This document shows, in pieces, positions 1 to 13,735 of a stretch of 64,000 nucleotides of DNA. The notes beneath the pieces are model-generated. The model was not told where the DNA came from. It made no database searches and saw only the letters and a list, made by a program, of their open reading frames with translations. Source of the stretch: the human T2T-CHM13v2.0 reference genome, Homo sapiens. Where the stretch lies: NCBI RefSeq assembly GCF_009914755.1, contig NC_060948.1; one strand, 5' to 3'. Numbering within the stretch: position 1 is the stretch's first letter; each line of letters begins with the position of its first letter. Made by a program: the position numbers and the translations under genes.

Positions 1-1532
1 ACTCTATTCCTAATCCCTACCCCAAATCCTAACCCGAACTTCAACACTAACACCAACCCCAAATGTACGCCCTAACAGTAAGCCTAACACTAAGCCTAAC
101 CTTACCACAAATCCTAACCCTTTTACCCTCAACTTAACCCTACCCCTACATGAACACCAACCCCAAACATAAACATAAACCCTACTTTACACTAAACAGA
201 GAATCCTAAGCCCAAATCCTAACCCTAATTATAACACTAACCCTAAACAATGCCCTAACCTTTAGCCAAACCCTAAACCCTAACTCTAACACTAACACCT
301 CATCAAAAGCCCTACTCTAAGCCTAACACTAACCCTCAGCCTAATCTTTAGCCAAACGCTTTGACCATCATCCTAACCCTAACTCAACCACAACCAGGCA
401 CCCAATGTTAAACCACAAACTAACACTAAACCCTAATCCTAAATTTTAACACTAAACCAAACATTTTAATTATAACCCTAACACTAAGCATAACACTTGC
501 CCTAATTTTAACCCTCATCCTGAATCCTAAACCTAACCCTCACCCAAACCCTAATCCGAACCCTTACACTACCACCTAAAGCTAACCCTAATTCCAACTA
601 TAAATCCCCAAATCCCAAAAACACTGAAGGTAGCTTTAACTGCAACCCATAACTCTAAAACTCACACTAACACTAACCCTAATACCCTTATCCTGAGAGT
701 GAAACTAACATAATTCTAACATAATCTTAACCTTAGCACTAAACCTAAAAATAACTCTTATCCTAAACACTGAACCTAATCATAACCTGAACCCTAAATC
801 AGAAAACCTAACCTTTAACACTAACCCTAGCCCTAAAGCAAAATCTGTAACCCTAATTAAACCTAAACCCTAAACCTAAACCTAATCTTAGCCCCTAACT
901 CTACAAAAACCTTAATACTAACACTAACAATAAATGTTAACCCCTAACCTTAACACTAAACAAACCCTAACACTAAACCCTAACCCTAACCCTAATCCTA
1001 AACTCTAAACTGAACCCTAAGAGTTACCCTAATCGTGACCACTAACCTCAACCTCAACACAAACTCAGCCTTAACAGTCATGCTAAACTTAAATCAAAAA
1101 CCCTAACCATATGCCCAACACTATCACTAACATCTAACCATAAATGCTGATCACTATCATTAACAATAACCCTAAACCCTAACCCAGAACCCTGAACTCT
1201 AACCCTACATGTAACCCTAAGCCCTATCCTAATGCTAAACACTAACCCAAATACTGAAATACTCTAACACTTACCCTCACCCTAAACCTTAATACTAACC
1301 CTAACCCTGGCCAGGACCCTAATTCCTAACCTCTAACTGGAAGCCTATCTTTTTACCCTAAACCTAAGCATAACCCAAGCCCAAACCTAACCTCTAATGC
1401 TGATTCTGACCCCTAGCCCTAAACTCAACCCTAACCCATAAACCTAATCTTAACTCTAACTCGAACCCTAATCCTACCACAACACTAAATCTTATTTCAA
1501 GCCCAGCCCTAACCCTCAATCTAATCCTGAAC
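1..1532 (+). repeat. Degenerate telomere-like (CCCTAA)n tract, runs off the window start
   Basis: Continuous hexamer-period variants (taaccc, ctaaac, actaac) with runs such as aaccctaaccctaaccctaatcc near 976-998. Confidence 0.9.
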
Positions 1533-2046
1533 TTTTTCTGCAATTGTAAACCTTATCCCAATCCTCCGTTTCTATTCTATCCTTAAGGTTACACCATTAT
1601 GCTTAAAAAACTTTGAATACAACCTGTATGACTCTAACCTCTAGCCCCTTATATGCAAAAGAGTACAAGGAGTCATATCTCTTTCTAAGCCCAAATTAGT
1701 ATTGAATTAAACAAATGGTATCACTGGGACAAAAAACTAAACGTAACCATATCTGCTAACTATAGACATTATAATATTTAACCAAATAAGTGAAGACATT
1801 ATAAACCACGATGTTTAAGATCTTTTCTCAGAAAATCAAGGTTTTTTTTTTTTTTTACCATTCTAATGCCATCCCTTTTCAACATATTATGTAAATCAAA
1901 TGTTGAAATACACCACGTTTGTCTCAACTTTTATAAAAAGTACTTAAAGACAACACATTTAACAATTAAAAATCCAATAAACTGTATTTCAATTTTTTCC
2001 CATGATAAAACATCTTTATGCAAAACCCATAATAATCATCATCTAA

Positions 2047-2666
<620 letters not shown>

Positions 2667-2829
2667 ACAAAATCTATTTCTATTCACTAGCAATCAACCC
2701 TACAAAAATGAAATTAAGATGACAACTTTATTTCTAAAAAAAAAAAAAAAACAAAACAAAAAAACAAAAAAACAAGAAGCTGGAATATTTCCCACTGCCC
2801 TGAAAGACACAGATATCAGGCAGCCGAGG

Positions 2830-3550
2830 TCTGGGACAGCCTTGGAGTTGAGGCTGTGCTACTATATTGGGACCTGGCTGGAATCACTGTGGGGCTAACC
2901 AGAAACTGTTCAAGTTCCTGAGAAATCAATGTCGAATTCCTTTAAAATATAATGGATGAAGAAAAGAAAACCTCTAGCGGTTTTGAAAACCCTAATGCCA
3001 TGATGTCAAATAAATATCTTTTGAGTAATAAATTTTTATAAAAGATCCTTCACAAACATCAGCAATAATGAAACCCTTGTTGAGTGGCCCAGGTCATTTT
3101 GCTGAGAAGAGAACCATTGAGGTCAATTTGAGAGACATCCCTTCCTGAGCACTGTCAAGAGCATGGACATATTTTACCTACACATTTTACTACACCTACA
3201 GCTCCACAGGGACTTTTAAATTCTGATTTCACATAAACCTGCACTAGAATTTCTGACAGCTGTAAACTTTCTAGATTGTATGTAAATACAATTGATTGTA
3301 TATCAATACAATAGATTGATATAATAAAATAAATTATAATCACCTGGTAACTCTTTTCAGTGTTTAAGACTTGTAGTTGAGTTTGTATTTTTTCACAGAC
3401 AGCACATTCCCTGTATGCAATGTAACTATAAAATTAATTGCTAAGAAGGTTGTCTTAAGTTTTTCATAACAGAGTTGAAATTTGTTTGCAATGTCAACAA
3501 ATTAAGGACATTTTCATAACTGAGAAATAAACAAATATGGCAATTCATAG
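2830..3550 (+). pseudogene. ELOC: Processed elongin C pseudogene (CDS relic 2952-~3282 plus UTR relics)
   Basis: ATG 2952 MDEEKKTSSGFENPNAM vs ELOC MDGEEKTYGGCEGPDAM; LLSGPGHFAEKRTIEVNLRDIPS* vs [24 protein letters not shown]; ends ALEFLTAVNFLDC vs ALELLMAANFLDC; intronless, with frameshifts and stops. Confidence 0.9.
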
Positions 3551-3821
3551 GTGGTTTTGCTTTATCCTATGGAAAGGACTTTTAAAATGAACAATGATGA
3601 CCTAGAAAACGCTGGAAACTAGAAATAATAAACATGTTTTTCAGTTAAACAATTGGGCTAAGTGTTTTTGTGTATTTAGTTGTTTGTTAATAAAATTCAT
3701 CAGTTTGTAGCTGCCCATGGCATTGCTGGAGTTATTCAAATAATTGCATTATAGGTATGTTCATAACTTAGCCAAAACATTGATTTATTTTTACTGACCC
3801 TAACACAATAAATGTTTTATT

Positions 3822-4090
3822 GATGCCTGTAATCTCAGCACTTTGAGACGTCAAGGCAGGCACATCTCTTGAGCCCAGAGGTTTCAGAAGAGCCCAGGCA
3901 ACATGGCAAACCATTGTCTCCAAGAAAATAAAAAAGAAGGAAAAAGAAAAATAATTACCAGGTATTGCAGCTGAAGCTAAGGCAGACAGATTCAAAGGAG
4001 CCCAGGAGTGAGAAGCTGCAGGCTGCAATGAGCCATGATGGCACCATTGCAGTCCACACTCGACAAAAAGTGAGACCCTGTCTGAAAGAC
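3822..4090 (+). mobile_element. Old Alu (J-like)
   Basis: atgcctgtaatctcagcactttg...gtgagaccctgtct; tail expanded into a purine STR. Confidence 0.85.
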
Positions 4091-4091
4091 C

Positions 4092-4167
<76 letters not shown>

Positions 4168-4279
4168 ACGAAAGAAAGAAAGAAAGAAAGAAAGAAAGAA
4201 GGGAGGGAGGGAGGGAGGGAGGGAGGGAGGGAGGGAGGGAGGGAGGAAGGAAGGAAGGAAAGAAAGAAAGAGAGAGAGA
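4092..4279. repeat. Compound (GAAA)n(GGGA)n(GGAA)n microsatellite
   Basis: Read directly; source of the KKER-repeat ORF artefact. Confidence 0.95.
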
Positions 4280-4616
4280 CATATGAGTTGAAATTCCTTA
4301 AGTCCTTTGATAAACTTCAGTATTGTTTAAATGTGCCTTGTCGTCTCATTTTTTTTATTCCTACAATTCAAGGAGTTTATTTAAAGACAATTTGGGAAGG
4401 TTAACAGCTACAAATTTTTAAGAAGTAATTGAACTTTACCCAGGTGGTTGATAAGTCAACTATACAACTTAAAGTTCTTGTGCATTATGTCTTCTGGCCT
4501 ATTCAAAGTACTATATTTTCATTGATTATAAAGCAAATTATCCTTTTCAACTTTCAAAACAGGAACCAAAAACAAACAATCAAAGAAACAACAACAACAA
4601 CAACAACAACAAAACA

Positions 4617-4782
4617 GGCTGAATGTTGTGGCTTACGCCTGTAATTCCAGTACTTTGGGAGGCCAAGGGGGGAGGATTGCTCAAGCCCAAGTGTTTGAAG
4701 CTGCAGTGAGCTATGATTGCACAAGTACATTCCCACCTGGGCCAAAGAATAAGGCCCTGTCTCAAAGAGCAACAACAAAAAG
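4617..4782 (+). mobile_element. Monomeric or internally deleted Alu, preceded by (CAA)n
   Basis: gtggcttacgcctgtaattccag...gctgcagtgagctatgattgcac...cctgtctcaaa. Confidence 0.8.
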
Positions 4783-4799
4783 CCAATGATCATAAAGTT

Positions 4800-5745
4800 T
4801 TCCAGACAAACTTTTATCAAGGTGCAAGAATTTGACATGAAAAATTACAAAATACTGCTGAAATAAATTCCAGAAACCCTACATAAACATAAAGACACTC
4901 AATGCTTTTGGATTAGAAGATGATTTTTTATGTGACAATACTGCACAAAGCAAACTGCAAATTCATTGTGATTTCTATGAAAATACCAAAGTCCTTTTGG
5001 CAGAAATGGACAAGCCAATTCTAACATTCATATACTTTTCAGGGGATCCTGAATAGCCAAAATATTCTTGAAAACAAAAACCAACTTAGAGACTCACATT
5101 TCTCAATTTCAAATATTACTGCTAAGCAGCAGTCATCAAAACAGCATAATACTGGTATAAGGACACACACAGAGGTCAATGGAACTGAAGGTTAAATCCA
5201 ACGGTACCTCTACAATTGTCTACAATTGTCAATTGTAGACAATTGATTTTTGACATGTAACCAAGATCAGTAAATTCAACAAATGCTGTTATGCAACTGA
5301 ATACCGCATTCAGACAAATAAATTGTACTTTTCTCACAACAGAAAATAAAATTAACAGAAAATGTTTCAAAGCCTACATATTAGAGGTAAAAAAAGAAAC
5401 TTTAGAAGAAAATATGGGGATAGATCTTCATAATGTTGGATTTAGCAGTGGTTTCTTAGATCTGATACCAAAAGCACAGTCAACTAAAGAAAGAATTTTC
5501 TCAAAATTAAACATTTTTGTGCATCAAAAGACACTATCAAGAAAGTGAAAAGACATGGTACAGAAAGGAAGGCTTGCATTTTATGTGTGTAACAACAGTC
5601 TGTTATCGACAATGTATGAAGACTTTGCATACCCCAGTAACAAAAAAAAAAGACAAACAATCCAGGTACAAAACAGAGAAGTAGTTGACTACACACTTCA
5701 CCAAAAAGACATGCATATGGAATACAAGCACATAAAAAGATGACC
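4800..5745 (+). mobile_element. Old L1M ORF2 3' fragment
   Basis: atagccaaaatattcttgaaaa, tactggtataaggac, tagaagaaaatatgggg and similar diverged L1 ORF2 motifs. Confidence 0.8.
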
Positions 5746-7254
5746 AGTAAAATATATAAGTTTTACTCCATCAGGTGTTTCCTAAATAAGCTTTCCTCAT
5801 AGTCATGTGATTCCGTGTGGGAAAATTAGTCCTGTCCAGCTTGACCTGAGGAGCAGCTAAGGTAACAATATTGCTGGGGAGCAAGTTTGCTTGGATGAGA
5901 AAATAAATATCTGGCAGGAAATAATATTCTGAAATGAAAACTTTCTTGCTGGACTAGAGTTTCCAATAGAGCTGACAGTTTGTCCCTCAGCCTCCATGGG
6001 CCCAAAATTTATCATCCAGAAGGAAGTAATAAGGGAAGTCATTAAGTTAATGAGGTACATGGATACACAAATGCCCCAAGTCTCATATCAAAGCTGTGAC
6101 ATAATTACATACCCTCACAGCATTTCAATATTCAAATATTAACAACTCATCTGCTTAAATAGCTAAGCTTACTTTATTTACTTTACACTGTACAGTTAAG
6201 GAGGTTTACAAATATTTATATGAATTGTCATGTCATGTTCTAGGACTTTTTTGTCACTTAAATGTATTGATGCACTACGTTACATGTAAGTACTTAAACC
6301 TAACATAACTTGGAATTAATAACACACAGTTACGGAAGATAGCAAGGTAACAGTCTGCCCAATAAATTCTTATGTAATTTCAATAATTAATAGGGTCATT
6401 TGTCTTCAGCACTGAGATGTTGTATTTACTAATTTCCCCAAACATGAACTTTCATTGCATTAACTATCATTTCCTTGATTTATAAGTTGAGAGTGATCTC
6501 ATCAATTACCTAACAAATAATGAATTTCTTTTCATCTTTAGAAACAGCACATTATTATCTTTTCTACAGTTAAATAGCACAAGCTCTGACTTTATTAGCT
6601 GGACAAAGCCTTGGGAAATTAGATAAGTGTGGGCACTAGGTGAATAGATTGAGAGATAGCACATAAAATTCCTGAGACACTCCAGACACTGTGTTCCCAC
6701 AATTAAAATCAGATGAGACTGCAGGCAGTTGAGCGGACTGAGTGGGCACGGGAAACAGGCAGGAGAACTTGGGGTCTGCAGCCATGGTGAGTTCTATGGT
6801 TCTTGTTCTAAGGTCAGTGGGAAACCACTGGCAAAATTAAATCAGGAGAGTGACAGGATGAAACTTGTGTTTGTAAGTGAATATTTTGCCATTACCATTA
6901 CCAGTACCAATCCTGTATTTCCTGATGTTGTAGTTATGTGGTGGTACCCTTGGAGAATGTCTCCACTTTTTGTAAAACCCACTGGGATATTCTGCATAAA
7001 GCTTCAAATCTGGCACAGCAGAAACCACTGGAGATTCTGGAAGAGAGGATTAATCTATACTAATAGCTATTGGAAGTTTCCTAGAAGTATGAAATTATTG
7101 AGAAATAAACTACTTTTTAATAAAAACAACCATGTCAATACCTTTTCACTAAAGCAGAGACAACAACATCAAACATCATTATAGAGGCCAAATCCAACCC
7201 AAATCCAGCTCAGTGGAAGCTCTGAAAGAAAGTGCCCCAGTAAGAGTAGGAATG

Positions 7255-7815
7255 TTATGTCAGTATTGCAGGTGTTACATCTTTATGATGAGTGTTACGT
7301 CAGTAATTATGGGTGTTACATCAGTATTATGGTTGTTTCATTTGTATTACAGATGTTGTGTTAGTATTATGGGTGTTAGTATTACCGGTGTTACATCAGT
7401 ATTACAGTTGTTACATCAGTATTACCGTTGCTATATTTGTATTGCAGGATGATATACTGGTATTATGAGTGGTATATTGGTATTATGAGTGTTACAGTTG
7501 TATTAGAGGTGTCAGGACAGCATTACACATGTTACATAAGTGTTATGGGTGTTTCATTTGTATTGTGGGTTGTATATTGGTATTATGAGAGTGATGCTTG
7601 TATTATGGGTCTTAGATCAGTATTATGGTTGTTATATTTGTGTTTCAGATGGTATACTGGTATTATGAGTGTTTTATTGCTGTTAATGAGTGTTACAGTG
7701 GTAATATGGGTGTTAGATCAGTATTTCAGGTGTTACATTAGTATTAGGAATGACACATCTGTATTATGGTTGATATATTTGTTTACAGATGTTATATGTC
7801 TATTACAGATGTTAT
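7255..7815. repeat. Degenerate ~21 bp minisatellite (approx. GTGTTACATCAGTATTATGGG)
   Basis: gttacatcagtattatgg variants recur at about 21 nt spacing over ~560 bp. Confidence 0.88.
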
Positions 7816-8299
7816 ATGACGAATGATACATTTGTGGCATGAGGCCACAGTGTGGACCTGGCATTGTGGCCACTACACCTTGTGTGTGGGGAAGGACGTT
7901 GGGGTGCACTAAAGCCATGGGATATTTTTATGTTTAATTTTCCACAAGAAGCACTTCTCCTGGGTCCCTGATCCTCAGCAGTCAGAGGGAAGTTTTTACT
8001 TACCACTCCCTGCAGCTGTCCCACAGCAAGGCGTTGTTGCTCTGGTCTGTGCTGAGAAGAACGCTGCTCTCCCCCTCAAGCAGCATGCGCTGAAAACACC
8101 TGCACTCCCAGGGTCAGAAGAGGCAGACTCTTGCGTCCCCTGCTAGCAGCCGGAAGAACTGCAGGACACTCATGGTCAAGGTGAAGCAGCCACGTGCGAC
8201 GCCCCGCCTGGCTGGCCTGCGGCACCAAATAAAAGCAGAGGTCAGACTGTTCAAAGCCGTCATTTTAGAAATTCAAATGGAAATGTTGCCTATTATCTT

Positions 8300-9121
8300 G
8301 GTTTCTTTTTGTTTGTTTGTTTTAGTTTCAGGTGTACGTGTGAAGGTTTGTTATATAGGTAAACTCCTGTCACGGACGTTCGTTGTATAGATTATTTCAT
8401 CATCCAGGTATTAAGTCTAGGACTCAATAGTTATTTTTCCTGCTGGTCTCTCTTTTCCCACCCTCCACCCTCAAGTAGGTCCCATGCCTATTGTTCCCTT
8501 CTTTGTGTTCATGAGTTGTCATCATTTAGCTCCCACTTCTAGTGAAAATATGTGATATTTGGTTTACTGTTCCTACATTACTTTGCTAAAGATAATATCC
8601 TCCAGCTCCATCCATGTTCCCTCAAAGGCATAACTGTATTCTTTTTTATGGCGGCATAGTATTTTGTGTGGGTATGTGCCACATTTTCTTTAATCCAAAC
8701 CATCACTGATGGGCATTTAGATTAATTCCATGTCTTCTGTTGGGAAGAGTCCGCATGAACATTTGCATTCATGTGTCTTTATGGTATAATGATTTATATT
8801 CCTTTGAGTACATATCCAGTAAAGGGAATGCTGGGTTGAACAGTAGTTCTGCTTTCCAGTCTTTGAGGAATTGCCCTACTGCTTTCCCCAACAGTTGAAC
8901 TAATTTACATTCCTACCAACAGTGCATAATTTTTCCTTGATTTCTGTAACCTCGCCTGCATCTGTTATAAATTTCTTTACGATAATAGCCATTCTGACAG
9001 GTATGAGATGGTATGTCATTGTTTTTTTTCTTTGATTTGCACTTCTTTAATAATCAATAATATTGAGCTTTTAAAAATAAGTTTATTGGCTGCCTGTATG
9101 TCCTTTGAAAAGTGTCTGTTC
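8300..9121 (-). mobile_element. L1 3' end, older L1PA subfamily
   Basis: aggtttgttatataggtaaactc...ccctccaccctcaagtagg...catttagctcccactt matches an antisense L1 3' UTR. Confidence 0.88.
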
Positions 9122-9202
9122 GCACTTCTCAAAGGAAGACATTTATGCAACCAACATACGAAAAATGCTCATCATCACTGGCCATTAGAGAAATGCAAAC
9201 TA

Positions 9203-12200
9203 CGATGCCATGGTGGTTTGCTGCACCCATCAACTCATCACCTACATTAGGTATTTCTCCTAATGTTTTCTCCGCACTATCCCACCACCCGCCACCATGT
9301 GATGTTTTTCTCCCTGTGTCCATGTGTACTCATTGTTCAACTCGCACTTGAAAATGAGAACATGTGGTGTTTGGTTTTCTTTTTTTCTGATAGATTGCTG
9401 AGAATGATGTTTGCCAGCTTCTTTCATGTCCCTGCAAAAGACATGAACTCATCCACTTTTACGGCTGCATACTATCCCATGGTGTATATGTGTCACCTTT
9501 TCTTTATTCAGTCTATTATTGATGTACATTTGGGTTGGTTCCAAGTATTTGCTACTGTGAATAGTGCTGCGATAAATATACGTGTGCATGTGTCTTTATA
9601 GTAGAATGATTTATAGTCCTTTGGTTATACGCGCAGTAAGGGGATTGCTGGGTCAAACGGTATTTCTTGTCTTCCACAAGATCCTAGTCTTCCACAAGGG
9701 TTAAATTATTAACAATCCCACCAACACTGTAAAAGCATTTCTATTTCTCCACATCCTCTGCAGCATCTGCAGTTTTCTGATATTTTAATGATCGCCATTC
9801 TAACTGGTTTGAGAGGGTATCTCACTGTGGTTTGGATTTGTATTTCTCTAATAACGAGTGATAAATTAATGAGCATTTTTTCATATGTTTCTTGGCGGCA
9901 TCAAAGTCTTCTTTTGTGGAGTGTCTGTTCATATCCTTTGCCCACTGTTTGATGAGGTTGTTTGTTTATTTCTTGTAAACTTGTTTAAGTTCCCTGTAGA
10001 TTCCTGATATTAGCCTTGTCTCAGATAGATAGATTGCAAGATTTTTCACCCATTCTGTAGGTTGTCTGTTCACGTTGTTGATAGTTTATTTTGCTGTGCA
10101 GAAGCTCTTTAGTTTAATTAGATCCCATCTGTCAATTTTGGCTTTTATTGCCATCGCTCTTGGTGTTTAAACATGAAGACTTTGCACATGCCTATGTCCT
10201 GAATGGTATTGCCTAGGTTTTCTTCTAGGTATTTTATGGTTTTAATCCTTACGTTTAATTCTTTAATCCATCTTGAGTTCATTTTTGCATAAGGTATAAG
10301 GAAGTGGTCCAGTTTCAGTTTTCTGAATAGCTAGCCAGTTTTTTCAACGTCATTCATTAAAGGGAAAATATTTCCCCCATTGCTTGCTTGTTTCAGGTTT
10401 GTCAAAGATCAGATGGTAGTAGATGTGTCGTATTATTTCTGAGGCCACTATGCTGTTCCATTAGTCTATATATCTATTTTGGTACAAGTACCGTGCTGTT
10501 TTGGTTACTGTAGCCTTGTAATATAGTTTGAAGTCAGGTAGTGTGATGCCTCCAGCTTTGTTCTTTTTGCTTAAGATTGTCTTGGCTGTGCAGGCTCTTT
10601 TTTGGTTCCATATGAATTTTAAGGTTTTTTCCAATTCTGTGAAGAAAGTGATTGGTAGCTTGATGGGGATAGCACTGAATCTATAAATTACTTTGGGTAG
10701 TATGGCCATTTTTACAATATTGATCTGCCTATCCATGAGCATGGAAGGTTTTTTCATTTCTTTATGCCCTCTATTATTTCCTTGAGCATTGGTTTGAAGT
10801 TCTCCTTGAATAGTTTCTTCACATCCCCTGTAAGTTGTATTCCTAGGCATTTTATTCACTTAGTAGCAACTGTGAATGGGAGTTTACCCATAATTTCACT
10901 GTCTGTTTCTCTGTTATTGTGTGTAGGAATGCTTGTGATTTTTGCACATTGATTTTGAATCCTGAGGCTTATCTGAAGTTGCTTACCAGCTCAAGGTGAT
11001 TTTGTGCTGAGATGGCGGGTTTTCTAAGTATATAATAATGACCTCTGCAAACAGAGACGATTTGACTTCCTCTCTTCCGATTTGAATACCCTTTATTTAT
11101 TTCTTCCTCTTGCCTGATTGCCCTGGCCAGAAGTTTCAATACAATTTTGAATAAGAGTGAAAACAGAGTGTATCCTTGCATCGTACAGGTTTCCAACGGG
11201 AATGCTTCCAATTTTTGCCCATTCGGTATGATATTGGCGGTGGCTTTGCCATAAGTAGGTCTTATTATTTTGAGATACCTTCCATCCTTACCTAGTTGAC
11301 TGAGAGATTTTACATAAAGGGGTGTTGAATTTTGATGAAGTCCTTTTCTGCATCTATGAAGATAATCATGTGGTTTTTGTCATTTGTTCTGTTTATGTGA
11401 TGTGTTACATTTACTGATATGCGTATGTTGAACTAGCCTTGTATCCCAGGGATAAAGCTGACATAATCGTGGTGGATAAGCTTTATGATGTGCTGCTGGA
11501 TTCAGTTTGCCAGTATTTTATTGAGGATTTTCACAGCAATGTTCATGAGGGATATTGGCCTGAAATTTTCTTTTTTGGTGAGCCTCTGCCAGGTTTTTAG
11601 CATCAGAATAATGCTGGCCTCATAAAATTATTTAAGGAGGATTTCCTTTTTTTATTGTTTGTAATAATATCAGAAGGAATGGTACCAGTTCCTCTTTGTA
11701 TCTCTGGTAGAATTCGGCTATGAATCTGTCTGGTACTGGATTTTCTTGGTTGGTAGGCTATCAGTTACTGCCTCAGTTTCAGAACTTGTTAATGGTCTAT
11801 TCATGAATTTAACATCTTCCTGGTGTAGACATGGGAGGGTGTATACGTCAAGGCATTTATCCATTTCTTTTAGATTATCTAGTTTATTTGCCGAGAGCTG
11901 TTTATAGTATTATCTGATGGTAGTTTCTATTTCTGTGGGATCAGTGGTGATATTCCCTATATCAGTTTTTGTTGCATCTATTTTATTTTTCTCTCTTTTC
12001 TTCTTTATTATTTTGGCTAGTGGTCTATCTATTTTGTTGATATTCTCAAAAAACCAGCGCGTGGATTTATTGATTTTTGAAAGTTTTTTTTGAACTATCT
12101 CCTTTAGTTCTTCTCTGATGTTAGTTATTTCTTGTCTTCTGCTAGCTTTTGAATTGGTTTGCTGTTACTTCACTATTTCTTTTCATTTTAATGTTAGCGT

Positions 12201-13735
12201 GTCTATTTTAGATCTTTCCTGCTTTATCTTGTGGGCATTTAATGCTATCAATTTTTCTCTACACACTGCTTTAAATGTGCCCCAGAGATGGTGATACGTT
12301 GTGTCTTCATTATCATTGGTATCAAAGAACATCTTTATTTCTGCCTTATTTTGTTATTTACTCATCAGTGATTTAGGAACAGGTTGTTCAATTTCTATGT
12401 TGTTGTGTGGTTTTGAGTGAGTTTCTTAATCTGGGTTCTAATTTGATTGCACTATGGTCTGGAAGGCTCTTTGTTATAATTTGCATTCTTTGGCATTTGT
12501 TGAGGAGTGTTTTACTTCCAATTATGTGGTCAATTTTTGAATACATGTTATGTGACACCGAGAAGAATGTATATTCTGTTGATTGGGGGTGGATAGTTCT
12601 GCAGATGTCTATTAGGTTTACTTAGTCCACAGCTGATTTCAGGTCCTGCAAATCCTTGTTAATTTTCTGCCTCATTGATTGCTGCCTGTTCTTTTCTCTG
12701 GAAGCTTCATCCCCAAGGGGCACCTTCAGATTCCAGCCAGTGCTCTCCTGTATGAGGTGTCTCCCAGTCAGGATACACAGAGGCCATGGATCCACTTGAG
12801 AAGGCAGTCTGACCATTAGCAGAGCTCAAACGCTGTGATGGGAGGTCTGCTGCTCTCTTCACAGCCATCAGGCAGTTATGTTGAAGTCTGTGATGCTGCA
12901 TCCATGGCTGCCCCTTCCCCCAGATGTTCTGTCCCAGGGAGACCGGGGTTTTATTTATAAGCCCCTGACTGGGGATTCTGTCATTTTTTCAGAAAAGTCT
13001 TGCATAGAGAGGAGAAATCTGGCAGCCTAGCCACATCAGCCTTGCTGAGCTGCAGTTGGCTCCAACCAATTCAAACTTCCCTGTGGTTTTATTTACACTA
13101 CAAAGGTAAAATGGCCTACTCAAGGCTCAGCAATGGCGGATGACCCTCCCCCTAGACAAGCTCGAGTATTTCAGGTCGATCTCAGACTGCTGCTGTGCTG
13201 GCAGAGAGAATTTCAAGCCAGTGAACCTTAGTTTGTTTGCCTCTGTAGGGGGTGTCACTCCCCAAGCCAGACCACTTGGCTCCTTGGCCTCATCACCTCT
13301 CTCCAGGGGAGTGAACGGTTCTGTCTCCTTAACATGCCAGGCACAATTGAGGTATGAAAACAAACAAACAAAAAAAAAATTCTTTCAGCTAGTTCAGTGT
13401 TTGCTCTAACAGCTGCCCAGTTTTGTGCTTGAAACCCACGGCCTTCATGGGGTAGGCACCAAAGGGAATATCCTGGTCTGTAGGTTGTGAAGACCATGGG
13501 AGAAGCGCATATCTGGAATAGGGCCCTTGGTTTCTCAGGCTTCCCCGGTGAGGTGATGCCTCACCCTGCTTCATCTCACACTCCATGGACTGCACCCACT
13601 GCCCAACCATTCCCAGTGAGATGAACAGTGTACCTCAGGTGGAAATGCAGGAATCACTCACCTTCTGCATTGATCTCTCTGGGAGCTGCAATCTGGAGCT
13701 GTTTTTATTCAGCAATCTTGCCAGCAATTCCCCCT
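9203..13735 (-). mobile_element. L1PA (about PA7/8) with 5' UTR and ORF2; ORF1 and the start of ORF2 deleted at ~12680
   Basis: ORF 10461-10859 has [24 protein letters not shown]...[20 protein letters not shown] (ORF2); 5' UTR at 12680-13735 starting aagattgctgaataaaaacagctcc on the minus strand. Confidence 0.93.

Noticed and set aside
1-1532. True telomere
   Set aside because: Too degenerate, with few perfect hexamer runs
3965-4291. ORFs with KKER or FLSF repeats (also 52563-53081, 52615-52941, 29343-29588)
   Set aside because: Translations of microsatellites and Alu sequence
7255-7815. Possible CRISPR-like array
   Set aside because: Units are contiguous with no unique spacers, the DNA is primate, and there are no cas genes
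7213-7826. Hydrophobic ORFs resembling membrane proteins
   Set aside because: Artefacts of the 21 bp minisatellite, whose period is divisible by three
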